Positions 9,263 to 19,316 of a DNA stretch of 64,000 nt are shown here, in pieces. Where the stretch lies: contig JAUWOR010000003.1 in NCBI GenBank assembly GCA_030612025.1, positions 64,001 to 128,000 of the forward strand, read 5' to 3'. The translations under genes were made by a program, and so were the position numbers. Below the pieces are notes generated by a model. That model made no database searches and was not told the DNA's origin. It saw only the letters and a program-made list of their open reading frames with translations. The number at the start of each line of letters is the position of its first letter. Within the stretch, counting starts at the first letter, position 1. The DNA comes from Dehalococcoidia bacterium (GTDB lineage Bacteria > Chloroflexota > Dehalococcoidia > GIF9 > AB-539-J10).

Positions 9263-9532
9263 ATGCTAAAAATAAATAAGAACCTCTGTTTGGGCTGTGG
9301 CTTATGTGCCCAAGTTTGCCCTCAGGGAGCAATTAACCTCCTTTGGGACAAAGCAGAAATAGATGCAAGGAGATGCAATTCTTGCTATCAATGTCTTAAC
9401 GTATGCCCTCAAGGAGCGATTTTTGAAATGATTATAATCTCGCCTGCAGAGCTAAGAACCACTGCCTCCAACTTAAAACAGCAAACTGATGCTATAATTC
9501 GAAGAATTGATAGATTAGCTAGCAGAGCTTAA
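9263..9532 (+). CDS. 2[4Fe-4S] ferredoxin with C-terminal coiled coil
   Basis: CLGCGLCAQVCP, CNSCYQCLNVCP. Confidence 0.85.
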   Translation: MLKINKNLCLGCGLCAQVCPQGAINLLWDKAEIDARRCNSCYQCLNVCPQGAIFEMIIISPAELRTTASNLKQQTDAIIRRIDRLASRA

Positions 9533-9538
9533 GCAATT

Positions 9539-10003
9539 ATGGAAGAGAAGCATAGTCTGGAATTGAAGCCCATAGGGGTAATCCATTCTCCCTACCGTAG
9601 TAGAGGGGGAGCACCACATCAGGGCTGCGGAAGAGAGGAAGTCAGCGAGATAGAGCTGTTTAAAGAGTTTGAGGAGGGTTTGAAAGACATAGAGGGGTTT
9701 TCTCACATTATCTTGATATATTGGTTTCGCAAATCCCAAGGATATCATCTGCTTGTTAAAACGCCCTGGGATACAAAGCCACATGGGCTATTTACCACTA
9801 GATCGCCAAACAGACCCTGTCCATTAGGCTTATGTGTGGTAGAGCTGGTAGCCAGAGAAAAGAATATCCTTAAGGTAAAAGGGTTAGATGCTATAGATGG
9901 CACGCCGCTTTTGGATATCAAGCCCTATATCCCCTCCATAGATGAAAAGGCTAATGTCAAAATTGGCTGGCTTGAAGGCAGGTTAAGGATGGAGAGGACC
10001 TGA
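9539..10003 (+). CDS. tsaA: tRNA m6t6A37 methyltransferase TsaA/TrmO family
   Basis: LKPIGVIHSP, GLFTTRSPNRP, DGTPLLDIKPY. Confidence 0.9.
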   Translation: MEEKHSLELKPIGVIHSPYRSRGGAPHQGCGREEVSEIELFKEFEEGLKDIEGFSHIILIYWFRKSQGYHLLVKTPWDTKPHGLFTTRSPNRPCPLGLCVVELVAREKNILKVKGLDAIDGTPLLDIKPYIPSIDEKANVKIGWLEGRLRMERT

Positions 10004-10053
10004 TATTGAGCTACTCTGACCAAAGCTATCTATTTTTAGCGTAAGGAATTAAT

Positions 10054-10809
10054 ATGGGCGGCATTTACTTTGTTCCCATCCTCTTTTTTGTAATTGCGTT
10101 TGTATTCTCAATGTTGGGGAGAGGTGGAGCAACCCTATATGTGCCTATCCTCTTCTGGCTGGGAATGGATTTTAAAACCCAAGCAATTCCCCTGGGGATG
10201 CTATTAAATGTGGCAAATACATCTGTGCCAGCTTTGACCTTTGGGCTTAAAAAAATGATAAATTGGAAATTAGCTATCCCTTTTGGCTTAGCGATGGTAA
10301 TCTTTGCCCCACTAGGAGCTTGGGCAAATCTCAATCTTCCCACAAAACCCATAATCCTGGCATTAGCCTTGTTCGCGGCCATCTCTACTATTCCTCTTAT
10401 AGTTAATTGGCGTTCTAAATGTGAATTATCTACAAAGAGGGGTATTAAAATAGGTATTTTAGGGGGCTCTATTCTTGGGTTTTTTGCTGGTTTGATAGGA
10501 AGAGGTGGAGGAAGTTTTATCGTGCCTTTGCTTTATGTCATAGGCTTAGATATAAAGGTTGCTGCGGCAACATCGGCTTTCATAGTTACATGCTCTGGCG
10601 TGTCCAGTTTTTTGTCTCATGTGGCTTTACAGGCACAACCTCAATGGGTTATCTGGGTTCCTTGCGTAATAGCAGTGCTGATTGGAAGCCAACTTGGCTC
10701 CAGGTTAATGATAACAAGATTGAAGCCAAGTTATCTAAAATGGACTTTTATAACTATCAATCTTGGAGTTGCAGCAACTCTTATTGTTAAAGATGTGATA
10801 CTGGGATGA
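10054..10809 (+). CDS. TauE/SafE family membrane protein
   Basis: Two GxGG repeats, about 8 hydrophobic helices. Confidence 0.85.
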   Translation: MGGIYFVPILFFVIAFVFSMLGRGGATLYVPILFWLGMDFKTQAIPLGMLLNVANTSVPALTFGLKKMINWKLAIPFGLAMVIFAPLGAWANLNLPTKPIILALALFAAISTIPLIVNWRSKCELSTKRGIKIGILGGSILGFFAGLIGRGGGSFIVPLLYVIGLDIKVAAATSAFIVTCSGVSSFLSHVALQAQPQWVIWVPCVIAVLIGSQLGSRLMITRLKPSYLKWTFITINLGVAATLIVKDVILG

Positions 10810-11654
10810 GAACATACTTAGATTGTATACCTTGTTTTTTTAAGCAAGCTCTTAAGGCGGCAAGAATGGCTGGAGCAGATGAGGATGTCCAGAAAAAGAT
10901 ACTGGATAACCTAGCTGCAGAAGTGCCTAATTTTCCTTTATCGAGTTCCCCACCTGAGATGGGAAGAATTGTTTATAGGCTTGTTAGAGAAATTACTAGC
11001 GAGGAAGATCCTTTCAAAAAGGTAAAGGATAAATACAATAAGATAGCCCTTAATATCTATCCAGATTTGAAAGATAAAGTAGCCCACTCTAAAGATAGAT
11101 TATTAACAGCTATAAGGCTAGCTGTTGCTGGTAATATAATTGACTTTGGGGTAGATAATCCCTTTGTCCTGGAAAAGGAAATAGAGGATGTGTTTAGAAA
11201 AGATTTTGCTATATTTGATTATCAGGAATTCAAGGAGACTCTTAAAAATGCAAAGCAAATTCTCTATTTGGCCGATAATGCTGGAGAGGTGGTCTTTGAC
11301 CGTATATTAATTGAAGAATTAAATAAAGAGGTCATCTATGTGGTGAAGGATAAGCCTGTTATTAATGATGCCTTAGCAGAAGATGCCCAATTTTGTGGCA
11401 TAGATAAAATAGCCGAAGTTGTCTCCAATGGGTCGGATGCACCGGGGACAATTCTAAGTTTATGCTCGGAGGCTTTTTTAAGCCTTTATGAAACAGCAAA
11501 GCTAATTATCAGTAAAGGGCAAGGAAATTTTGAGGGGTTAGTGGGGAGAAGTAAGGCACCCATTTTCTTTTTATTTAAAGTAAAATGCCCGGTTATTGCT
11601 AATGACGTTGGATGTAGGGTCAATGATATTGTTTTAAAATATAATTGTAAGTAA
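10806..11654 (+). CDS. DUF89/ARMT1-like damage-control phosphatase
   Basis: DCIPC, GNIIDFG, DNAGE, KGQGNFE. Confidence 0.9.
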   Translation: MRTYLDCIPCFFKQALKAARMAGADEDVQKKILDNLAAEVPNFPLSSSPPEMGRIVYRLVREITSEEDPFKKVKDKYNKIALNIYPDLKDKVAHSKDRLLTAIRLAVAGNIIDFGVDNPFVLEKEIEDVFRKDFAIFDYQEFKETLKNAKQILYLADNAGEVVFDRILIEELNKEVIYVVKDKPVINDALAEDAQFCGIDKIAEVVSNGSDAPGTILSLCSEAFLSLYETAKLIISKGQGNFEGLVGRSKAPIFFLFKVKCPVIANDVGCRVNDIVLKYNCK

Positions 11655-11694
11655 GAAAGATATTTCTCTATTTTTATCATGGTGATAAAAAGTT

Positions 11695-12537
11695 ATGGCT
11701 TTATGGAGGAGTGTTGCAGAGTTTTTCCCCATATTACTGGCTACTGGCGCCGGCGCTGGTTTTGCCAGCGGGCTGCTTGGTATTGGCGGTGGCTTTATCA
11801 TGGTCCCGGTTATGTATTCGGTAATTGGAGCCATGGGTTTTCCAGATATTGCTATGAAAGTAGCCTTAGGCACAAGTTTGCTGGTAATTTTGCCCACAGC
11901 TATGAGCGGTGCATGGAGACACAACAAGAAAAAGGCAGTTCAGTGGAAGACAGCGTTAGTCCTGGGACTGTGTGGCTTAGGTGGAGGTCTGGCTGGGTCT
12001 ACCCTGGCTACTTACCTGCCAGAGCGAGTGCTAAAGACGGGCTTCGGAGGCTTAGTCCTAGCTATAGCCATATGGATGGGCTTGGGGATGATGCCAAAGC
12101 TGGCAAAACAAAGGGCAGAGCCGAAAGATAATCCCCGGCTATTGCCAGCTCTGGGCTTCCCCATAGGTATGGTAAGCGGACTTACAGGCCTCGGTGGCGG
12201 GGCACTGATAGTTCCCGCGCTAGTATTGGCACTCGATTTTCCTATGCACCTGGCCATAGGAACATCTGTAAGCGCAATAATACTTACCAGTCTAGGTGGT
12301 ATCATTGGATATATCATACACGGTATCGGAGTGCCTGGCCTTCCCTATTCAATAGGCTACATAAATCTACCCATATGGCTATGTTTGGCCGGTATGAGCG
12401 TGCCTCTGGCACAACTTGGCGCTAAGACAGCGCATGCTTTACCAGCTAAGCAACTAAGATATATATTTATTGCCCTCATGGTTTATATCGGACTGAGGAT
12501 GATTGGTGTATTCAGCTGGCTGGGATTGCCTATTTAA
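11695..12537 (+). CDS. TauE/SafE family membrane protein
   Basis: GLLGIGGGFIMVP, GLGGGALIVP, AIGTS. Confidence 0.88.
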   Translation: MALWRSVAEFFPILLATGAGAGFASGLLGIGGGFIMVPVMYSVIGAMGFPDIAMKVALGTSLLVILPTAMSGAWRHNKKKAVQWKTALVLGLCGLGGGLAGSTLATYLPERVLKTGFGGLVLAIAIWMGLGMMPKLAKQRAEPKDNPRLLPALGFPIGMVSGLTGLGGGALIVPALVLALDFPMHLAIGTSVSAIILTSLGGIIGYIIHGIGVPGLPYSIGYINLPIWLCLAGMSVPLAQLGAKTAHALPAKQLRYIFIALMVYIGLRMIGVFSWLGLPI

Positions 12538-12549
12538 CACAGCACCCTA

Positions 12550-13383
12550 CTAAGCTGGCAATACCTTCATTTCGTCTCCCACTCCCATGCCAAGAAAGTC
12601 ACAGGCACTCCCGCTGCTTAATGATATTTCTAGATAACCACTGCTGCCCACAATGGCCATCAATCCCTCTTCCTGTTCATAATAATGAGTTATACCTTGA
12701 ATACGTTGTCCTGCTACCTCAATAATAACATCCCCACCTGGCAAATCAGTGCTTTTAATGTTGCTGATTAGATTGCCAAAATGGTCAATATATAAAATAT
12801 GGCCCACTAAGTTATCTTGTGAGTCAAAGTATGGCTTTGGAGTAGGGAAAACATAAAGGGAGGTAATCTTTTCCCCAAATTCATAAAGTGAAATACCCAA
12901 GGAAAGGCCAGCAGCAACTGGAGCAAAGATGTCTCTCCCATGAAAGGTAGGGCTGACTGGATGCCGCCAAAAACGGGGGTCAGTAATAGCCACGGCTTCA
13001 AGCCCCGTTTTGAACTTCGCTTCCTCAAGGCTTTGAGAACACTGGCTCAAGGCGCCTTCATTGAGGGAGAACTCATTAATTACATAGCTGAGGATGCCAT
13101 TATCGGGAGCAACGAACAAAGCCGAAACCGTTTTCAAAATTATCCCCCGACGCTCACCCCCTACGCCGGGATCAACAATAGCCATATGAACAGTTCGCTT
13201 AGGGAAATAGCGATAAGCGATATTGACAACGAAAGCAGCTTGGAGAATGTTCTGCGGCTCGATAGAATGAGTTATATCAACAATGTTAACTTCGGGGTTA
13301 ATGCTCAGGATGACGCCTTTCATAATAGCAACATAGGCATCATCAGAGCCAAAATCGGTGGTTAGCGTTATTATGGAATTCAT
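12550..13383 (-). CDS. SAM hydrolase/halogenase family (DUF62)
   Basis: TLTTDFG, VDPGVG, TFHGRDIFAP, DHFGN. Confidence 0.9.
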   Translation of the reverse strand: MNSIITLTTDFGSDDAYVAIMKGVILSINPEVNIVDITHSIEPQNILQAAFVVNIAYRYFPKRTVHMAIVDPGVGGERRGIILKTVSALFVAPDNGILSYVINEFSLNEGALSQCSQSLEEAKFKTGLEAVAITDPRFWRHPVSPTFHGRDIFAPVAAGLSLGISLYEFGEKITSLYVFPTPKPYFDSQDNLVGHILYIDHFGNLISNIKSTDLPGGDVIIEVAGQRIQGITHYYEQEEGLMAIVGSSGYLEISLSSGSACDFLGMGVGDEMKVLPA

Positions 13384-13389
13384 CCCCGG

Positions 13390-13611
13390 TTACTGAGCAG
13401 ACATAACCATTAACACTGCCAAGGTGACAAAAATGATAGCTAGGACAATGGTGAGCTTAAACAAGGTTTTTTCTATCCCCCGCCTGGTCCGATAAACAGA
13501 ATCGGATTGACCGAAGATTCCTCCTAAACCTCCACCATGGAGTTGAAATAAGATAGTAGCAATTAAAGCCGCAGCTATTAATATTTGAGCAATAACAAGA
13601 TAAATAGGCAA
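13390..13611 (-). CDS. secG: preprotein translocase SecG
   Basis: Two TM helices around GGGLGGIFG...RTRRGIEKTL. Confidence 0.9.
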   Translation of the reverse strand: MPIYLVIAQILIAAALIATILFQLHGGGLGGIFGQSDSVYRTRRGIEKTLFKLTIVLAIIFVTLAVLMVMSAQ

Positions 13612-13612
13612 T

Positions 13613-15049
13613 TTATTTCCCTCCTAACTCTTCAATAAGAATCTCCCTCGTCAAAGAGGGATTGGCTCTCCCTCTTGTAGCCCTCATTACCTGCCCGGTA
13701 ATGAAGGTCAAGGCTTGCTGCTTGCCAGCCTTATAATCTGACACTGCCTTGGCATTATTAGCTATTACCTTCTTCACCACCTCCCTTATCTCAGCAGCAT
13801 CGCTAATTTGGCTGAGCTTCTTTTCCGCCACAATAGCACTAGCCCTCTTACCACTATAAAACATTTCTTCAAACACTGCCTTGGCAGTTGCTCCACTAAT
13901 AGTCCCCTTATCCACCAAGTTGAGCATTTCTGCCAGGTGTTCAGGAGTTATTTTCGCCTTTCCAATTTCAGTATTAGTAGCATTAAGCAGTCGGCTAAAG
14001 TCTCCTAAGAACCAGTTGCTTACCAGCTTCGCCTTGTTGTGATCCATTAATTTGAGGCAATTTTCAAAATACTCAGCCATTGCTTTGGAACCAGTCAAGA
14101 TATTAGCATCATATAAGGGCAAACCATACTGAGTCACAAAGCGCTCTCTTCTGGCTTCAGGTAACTCGGGTAGCTTTGCTCTGATTTCCTCTATCCAAGC
14201 TCTATTAAAAACCAGCGGAGGCAAATCAGGCTCAGGGAAATATCGGTAGTCATCGGCATATTCTTTACTCCTTTGACTTACCGTTGTGCCCTTCTCATCT
14301 ACCCAACCTCGCGTTTCCTGCACAAGCGCGCCACCTTCCTCAAGCACCCTCCTCTGCCGCCTGGCTTCATATTCCATCGCCTGATAAACCGCTTTAAAAC
14401 TATTCATATTCTTGACCTCAATCTTAGCCAGCAACTCTTTGCTGCCCCGGGGGCGAACACTTATATTAGCATCACACCTGAAGCTGCCCTCTTCCATATT
14501 GCCCGTGGACACTCCTAGATAACGAAGGATAGAGCGTAACTTGATAAGGTAATCCCGAGCCTCTTCAGGGGAGCTAATTTCAGGTTCGCTAACAATCTCC
14601 ATCAACGGTACACCAGAGCGATTGACATCTATCAGACTGTAATCTCCCCTATGCCATAACTTAGCCACATCCTCCTCAAGATGCACTCTAGTAATATTAA
14701 TTCTTTTCTTCGTGCCATTGCTATCAATGACTAGCCAGCCCTGCCTTGCGATAGGAACATCATACTGGGAAATCTGGTAACCCTTCATTAGGTCAGGGTA
14801 ACAATAGTTCTTACGGTCAAATTTGGTATAGTCAGGAATGGTGCAGCTTAAGGCTAAGGCAGTCATCACGGTATACTCCACCGCCTTTTTATTAATAACA
14901 GGGAGGACACCAGGCATGCCCAGGCAAATAGGGCAAACGTGGGTATTAGGCGGAGCATTAATGTAATCAGTGCTACAAGAGCAAAACATCTTGCTCTTAG
15001 TCAGTAGCTGGACATGAACTTCCAAACCTATGACAGTCTCACAATCCAT
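13613..15049 (-). CDS. gatB: Asp/Glu-tRNA amidotransferase subunit B
   Basis: [31 protein letters not shown]. Confidence 0.97.
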   Translation of the reverse strand: MDCETVIGLEVHVQLLTKSKMFCSCSTDYINAPPNTHVCPICLGMPGVLPVINKKAVEYTVMTALALSCTIPDYTKFDRKNYCYPDLMKGYQISQYDVPIARQGWLVIDSNGTKKRINITRVHLEEDVAKLWHRGDYSLIDVNRSGVPLMEIVSEPEISSPEEARDYLIKLRSILRYLGVSTGNMEEGSFRCDANISVRPRGSKELLAKIEVKNMNSFKAVYQAMEYEARRQRRVLEEGGALVQETRGWVDEKGTTVSQRSKEYADDYRYFPEPDLPPLVFNRAWIEEIRAKLPELPEARRERFVTQYGLPLYDANILTGSKAMAEYFENCLKLMDHNKAKLVSNWFLGDFSRLLNATNTEIGKAKITPEHLAEMLNLVDKGTISGATAKAVFEEMFYSGKRASAIVAEKKLSQISDAAEIREVVKKVIANNAKAVSDYKAGKQQALTFITGQVMRATRGRANPSLTREILIEELGGK

Positions 15050-15100
15050 AACTTGGGACTAGTATATCAACCCTGCCAGGTCGAGACAAGAAGATTTAAC

Positions 15101-15130
15101 TTGACCTAAAGCTCAAGGCGTTGCTACAAT
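15101..15130 (+). promoter_or_regulatory. sigma70 promoter of tRNA-Ala
   Basis: TTGACC-18-TACAAT with extended TG. Confidence 0.6.
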
Positions 15131-15139
15131 TGAACTTGT

Positions 15140-15215
15140 GGGGATATAGCTCAGTAGGGAGAGCGCTGCGTTCGCATCGCAGAGGTTGGGGGTTCGAATC
15201 CCCCTATCTCCACCA
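15140..15215 (+). tRNA. tRNA-Ala(CGC)
   Basis: Cloverleaf, CTGCG-TTCGCAT-CGCAG, GTTCGAATC, CCA. Confidence 0.95.
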
Positions 15216-15216
15216 T

Positions 15217-15254
15217 GCCCCTGTAGCTCAGAGGATAGAGCAGCGGTTTCCTAA
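15217..15254 (+). repeat. isolated 5' half of tRNA-Arg(CCT) (att-like)
   Basis: Matches 17374-17411 with one mismatch; ends in the anticodon loop TTCCTAA. Confidence 0.9.
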
Positions 15255-15428
15255 TTCTAGGCTAAATTGTCAAAGTGTGGTTTTACGTTCAGTTTAGAAC
15301 TTTTGTGTTACTTGGCAAAAACCTGTTTTGAAGCTAAAATACCATCTGGTGTTAACCCGTCCCTTTTAATTTAACGCCAAAATACCAGCTTTGACTTGAA
15401 GCTAACTAAAAAATAAAAAGGGGATGAT

Positions 15429-16088
15429 ATGGGATTATTCAAAAAGGACAAAAAGAATAGTGAGGCGTCTTTCTCTATAGAAGTCAAAACCTCCATCGGA
15501 ATGGGAACGGACGATACAGTTCAGAGACTATTGAAGGAAGCAAGTCAAAAAAAGAGGGATGGCGACCTTGATGGAGCTATTGCGCTTTTAAGAGCAGCCT
15601 ACAAGGAGTTGGATAGACACCCTTGGTTCTTTCCGATTGAAGTTTACTTGCGGTTACCATTGTACCTGCAAGAGTCCGGTAAGAAAGACGAGGCATGGGA
15701 AGAGTTCAATAGGTTGGTATTATGGGTCAATTCTAAACCGAGATATTCTCCTGAAGGCACCCCAATGGAGCTTTCGGCCATCTGGGACAAAATGAGGTTG
15801 TTTTTACAAAGAGAGGGCAAGAACGAATATGCAATAACATTTGGTGTCTGGTCATACCTTTCATGGGCTAGAGGTCTCCATGAGCACAAAAGGCTATCTG
15901 AGTTGGAGACCTACACTACTATCGAAGGTATCACAAAAAGCATAAACCCTCTTCTTAAAAAGGCTGGTAAAGAATTATTCGTTGAGAGAATCACAAAAGT
16001 GGTATTTGAGTCACTAAAACAGTTGCCCGACTTAGATTTTAAGAACATAGCTAGTCAGATAAAGGTAGAATTGAGTACCACAGATTAG
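15429..16088 (+). CDS. hypothetical helical (TPR-like) protein
   Basis: 219-aa ORF; GDLDGAIALL, GKKDEAWEEF. Confidence 0.65.
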   Translation: MGLFKKDKKNSEASFSIEVKTSIGMGTDDTVQRLLKEASQKKRDGDLDGAIALLRAAYKELDRHPWFFPIEVYLRLPLYLQESGKKDEAWEEFNRLVLWVNSKPRYSPEGTPMELSAIWDKMRLFLQREGKNEYAITFGVWSYLSWARGLHEHKRLSELETYTTIEGITKSINPLLKKAGKELFVERITKVVFESLKQLPDLDFKNIASQIKVELSTTD

Positions 16089-16378
16089 ACAAACTGGTGT
16101 AGTTTTATATCCGCGGCCCCGAATACCCGCCTAAAATCGCATCCTAGAGCGTCAGTTATTGTCAACTAGGCTGCTCACCCCTAGCAATAGCTTCAAGGTC
16201 AGCGTAAGACGGTGACGGAAAAAGTATTCACAAGAGAAATTGTATTACCAGTATGGTTAAACCGCCTACCCGTTGATTCTGTGCATTCTGGTGGGCTTAC
16301 TGGTGATTAGACACCCTGTATTGAATTGACAAAATGGTTTATAATACATAATACAAATACAGTGGAAGGAGGAGACCA

Positions 16379-17209
16379 ATGCCTAAACACAGCCTAGGTA
16401 AAGACATTAAAAAGGCAATCTTTGGGGCTCGCAGTATGGTAGAAGCAAGTGCTAAAGCAGATAGTAATGAGGCTGAAACACGTAAACGTATAGATCATAT
16501 TTTTGAAGCACTTATGGGGTACGACCGTTTCAAACATATCACAGAGGAATACGCAATCCATACAACTGGGGATACCGTACATTGTGATATTGCAATTCAA
16601 CTCAGTCATGAAGAATCATCAAAGCCTGAAATGCTTATTGAAGTTAAAAGGGTAAACATTGACCTCAGCCCGAAGCATCTTAAACAAGCTGCATCCTATG
16701 CTATTGATATTGGCTGCGAATGGATATTGTTAACTAACAGCAAAGAATGGAGGCTTTACCATATCACATTTGGGCAGCCTCCCCAGACTAAATTGATAGA
16801 GTCCTGGAATTTACTTAATGATGACCTCCTTGTCTTAGCTAAGAAGTTTGAAATAGTCAGCTATAAGAATGTTAGAAAGCAAGGCTTGGACAAATTGTGG
16901 GAAAAACGGAACGTATTAACCACTAATAATATGCTGAAGGCTATCTTGGCAGAAGATTCAATAAAGCTATATCAACGCAGGATAAAGAAAGCCACTGAAA
17001 TAACGGTATCTCCAGAAGATATTGTTAGCTCCTTTCGCCACTTACTAAACGAGGCTGCTCTCTCTGAAATGGATAAAATCAAGATATCCCTACCAGCAAG
17101 ACAGCAGCGTGCTAAGACTCCAAAAGCCGCTAAGAGTAAGCCAACCTCAATAGAGCAAGAGGTGGAGGCTATACTGGCAGAAAAACAGTCGAATGACCGG
17201 GAAAGCTAG
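16379..17209 (+). CDS. HsdR-N-like PD-(D/E)xK nuclease domain protein
   Basis: SNEAETR, CDIAI..IEVKR, QAASYA, ILTNSKEWRLY; GGAGGAG RBS. Confidence 0.8.
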   Translation: MPKHSLGKDIKKAIFGARSMVEASAKADSNEAETRKRIDHIFEALMGYDRFKHITEEYAIHTTGDTVHCDIAIQLSHEESSKPEMLIEVKRVNIDLSPKHLKQAASYAIDIGCEWILLTNSKEWRLYHITFGQPPQTKLIESWNLLNDDLLVLAKKFEIVSYKNVRKQGLDKLWEKRNVLTTNNMLKAILAEDSIKLYQRRIKKATEITVSPEDIVSSFRHLLNEAALSEMDKIKISLPARQQRAKTPKAAKSKPTSIEQEVEAILAEKQSNDRES

Positions 17210-17220
17210 GGGATAAGTTT

Positions 17221-17364
17221 ATGGGGTTACGGAGTTCTTTATACAAAATAGCTAGACTTATGGGTGACGTTAACGCCGTCCAGAAAGGCAAAGTGGGGAA
17301 ACGGATAGCAAGGCGGGCAGCCGGTAAAGCTACTGGTAGGACACTAAGGAAGCTGCTTAAGTAA
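17221..17364 (+). CDS. 47-aa highly basic small protein
   Basis: MGLRSSLYKIARLMGDVNAVQKGKVGKRIARRAAGKATGRTLRKLLK*, below track cutoff. Confidence 0.7.
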   Translation: MGLRSSLYKIARLMGDVNAVQKGKVGKRIARRAAGKATGRTLRKLLK

Positions 17365-17373
17365 CCACTCCAT

Positions 17374-17449
17374 GCCCCTGTAGCTCAGTGGATAGAGCAG
17401 CGGTTTCCTAAACCGCGTGTCGGGCGTTCGAGTCGCCCCAGGGGTACCA
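17374..17449 (+). tRNA. tRNA-Arg(CCT)
   Basis: GCCCCTG/CAGGGGT acceptor, GCGGT-TTCCTAA-ACCGC, CCA. Confidence 0.95.
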
Positions 17450-17548
17450 TAAACTAAATTTGCCCCAAAAGGAGGTTTTTACCACAGATGTGATACCCGA
17501 TTTGGTTGGTTCATGGTTTTTTGACCAGCAAAGAAACTTGGTTAGACA

Positions 17549-17731
17549 ATGTCTTCTAGACAAAAGAGGTGGGCATCTGTGGATAGAACTTCCATACCAA
17601 TTGCAAGTTTGCTAGGTCAGTGCCTCTCTGCATGCCGCCCAGCCGGCATGGGCCCCAAGACTATTCATGGTTACAATGAGAAGTTGAAGAGATATGTGCG
17701 CATCGTAGGCGGCGCTCTCAGTAACGGATGA
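17549..17731 (+). pseudogene. N-terminal remnant of tyrosine recombinase
   Basis: LSACRPAGMGPKTIHGYNEKLKRY resembles the integrase SAM-like motif (G.S..T...Y...L..F); located directly after the tRNA. Confidence 0.55.
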
Positions 17732-17791
17732 CTGTTATTTTTGCCAGTCCACAGGTGACAGAACAAGGTAAACAAGCCGTTCCGACTTCAA

Positions 17792-17820
17792 TTGACGAAG
17801 CTTCCTGGCTGTTATATGAT
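17792..17820 (+). promoter_or_regulatory. sigma70 promoter of pab operon
   Basis: TTGACG-17-TATGAT. Confidence 0.6.
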
Positions 17821-17866
17821 GCAAGCAACTGTTGGCAAGGCAGAACCTCCACCGTAGCTTGGAACC

Positions 17867-19306
17867 ATGGGCAAAAAATTTCGCTCTCCCCTGATAGAAG
17901 AATTAGACACAGAACTGTCACCGCTCGATGCCTTCGAACTCCTCTTTGAAGGCCAGCATTTCAGTTTCTTTCTGGATAGCGGTATGGACCCTGGCAAGTT
18001 AGGACGCTATTCCTTTGTCGGCAGTAGTCCTTTCTTAATATTGAGTTCCCGCGGCAGTGAGATTACTCTTATCCAGGGCACTGAGAAGAGCAGTTTAAGA
18101 GGCAATCCCTTTGATGTACTGAATAATTTCCTGGGAGTCTATCACCTGGATTCTTCTTCTCCACAGGTACCATTCCTTGGCGGCGCAGTAGGTTACTTCA
18201 GCTATGACCTCTGTCACTTTATTGAGCGTTTGCCTGGTACTGCTGTCGACGACCTACAGCTCCCTGAGTGCTATTTCGGCTTCTATGACCTGGTGGTAGC
18301 CTTTGACAATCTTCAAGGTAAGGCCTATATCATCTCCACCGGTTTCCCGGAATTGAGGGAGAGTGAAAGAATGGAGAGAGCTAGGCAGCGTCTTAAGGAA
18401 GTTAAGGAGAAGCTGGCCGATGTGTCAGCTTCCGGCAGAAAGGCAGCGTTGCTGCCCATATCTTCTACCATGGAGCAGGTGACCCTTGCAGGGGGTTTTA
18501 CTCATCAAGAATACGTCGCTGCAGTCGAGAAAGCCCGGCAGTATATCATTGCTGGTGATATTTTCGAAGTGAATCTCTCTCAGCGTTTTGAAGCTAAGCT
18601 TTCTACTACTCCTTATGAACTATACCGCCGGCTGCGGCAGGTAAACCCAGCACCCTTCGCCTGTTATCTCAGCTTTGATGAGGTCTCAGTGGTAAGTGCC
18701 TCACCGGAAAGATTTCTCCGCGTGCACGGAGACTGGGTAGAGACACGACCCATCAAGGGTACTCGCCCGCGGGGAAGGACTCCAGAGGAAGATGAAGCGC
18801 TGGCCAATGAGCTGGTGAGCAGCGTCAAGGATCGGGCCGAGAATATCATGATAGTGGACTTGGAGAGAAATGATTTGGGGCGCGTGTGTCGTTTTGGCAC
18901 CATCAAGGTGACCGAATTAGCCATACTGGAGGTGTTTCCTACTGTCTTCCACCTTACCTCTACAGTGGAGGGGAATCTCAGAGAGGGCAAGAACTGCATT
19001 GATTTGCTCAAAGCTAGCTTTCCTGGTGGTTCCATAACGGGAGCACCTAAGGTACGCGCTATGGAGATTATCGATGAACTGGAGCCTACCAAGAGGAGTG
19101 TATATACGGGAAATATCGGCTATCTGAGCTTTAATGGTGACCTCGACCTTAACATTGCTATCCGTACTTTTCTGGTCAAGGGAAGCAAGGCTTACTTCCA
19201 GGTGGGCGGTGCCGTTGTTTATGATTCTGACCCTGAGGCTGAGTATCAGGAAACACTGGATAAGGCGAGGGCGCTGATTAATGCCCTGAACATGGTGGCA
19301 ACTTAG
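17867..19306 (+). CDS. pabB: aminodeoxychorismate synthase component I
   Basis: SPERF, PIKGT, ENIMIVDLERNDLGR, FPGGSITGAPK. Confidence 0.9.
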   Translation: MGKKFRSPLIEELDTELSPLDAFELLFEGQHFSFFLDSGMDPGKLGRYSFVGSSPFLILSSRGSEITLIQGTEKSSLRGNPFDVLNNFLGVYHLDSSSPQVPFLGGAVGYFSYDLCHFIERLPGTAVDDLQLPECYFGFYDLVVAFDNLQGKAYIISTGFPELRESERMERARQRLKEVKEKLADVSASGRKAALLPISSTMEQVTLAGGFTHQEYVAAVEKARQYIIAGDIFEVNLSQRFEAKLSTTPYELYRRLRQVNPAPFACYLSFDEVSVVSASPERFLRVHGDWVETRPIKGTRPRGRTPEEDEALANELVSSVKDRAENIMIVDLERNDLGRVCRFGTIKVTELAILEVFPTVFHLTSTVEGNLREGKNCIDLLKASFPGGSITGAPKVRAMEIIDELEPTKRSVYTGNIGYLSFNGDLDLNIAIRTFLVKGSKAYFQVGGAVVYDSDPEAEYQETLDKARALINALNMVAT

Positions 19307-19316
19307 TAGGGTAAAT

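Larger units (their letters stand above)
15255..17373. mobile_element. islet between two tRNA-Arg 5' halves
   Basis: Bounded by a direct repeat of the tRNA 5' half; non-core cargo; no integrase. Confidence 0.7.

Noticed and set aside
12550-13383. Fluorinase/chlorinase
   Set aside because: Housekeeping context and the HGRD motif fit the DUF62 SAM hydrolase branch
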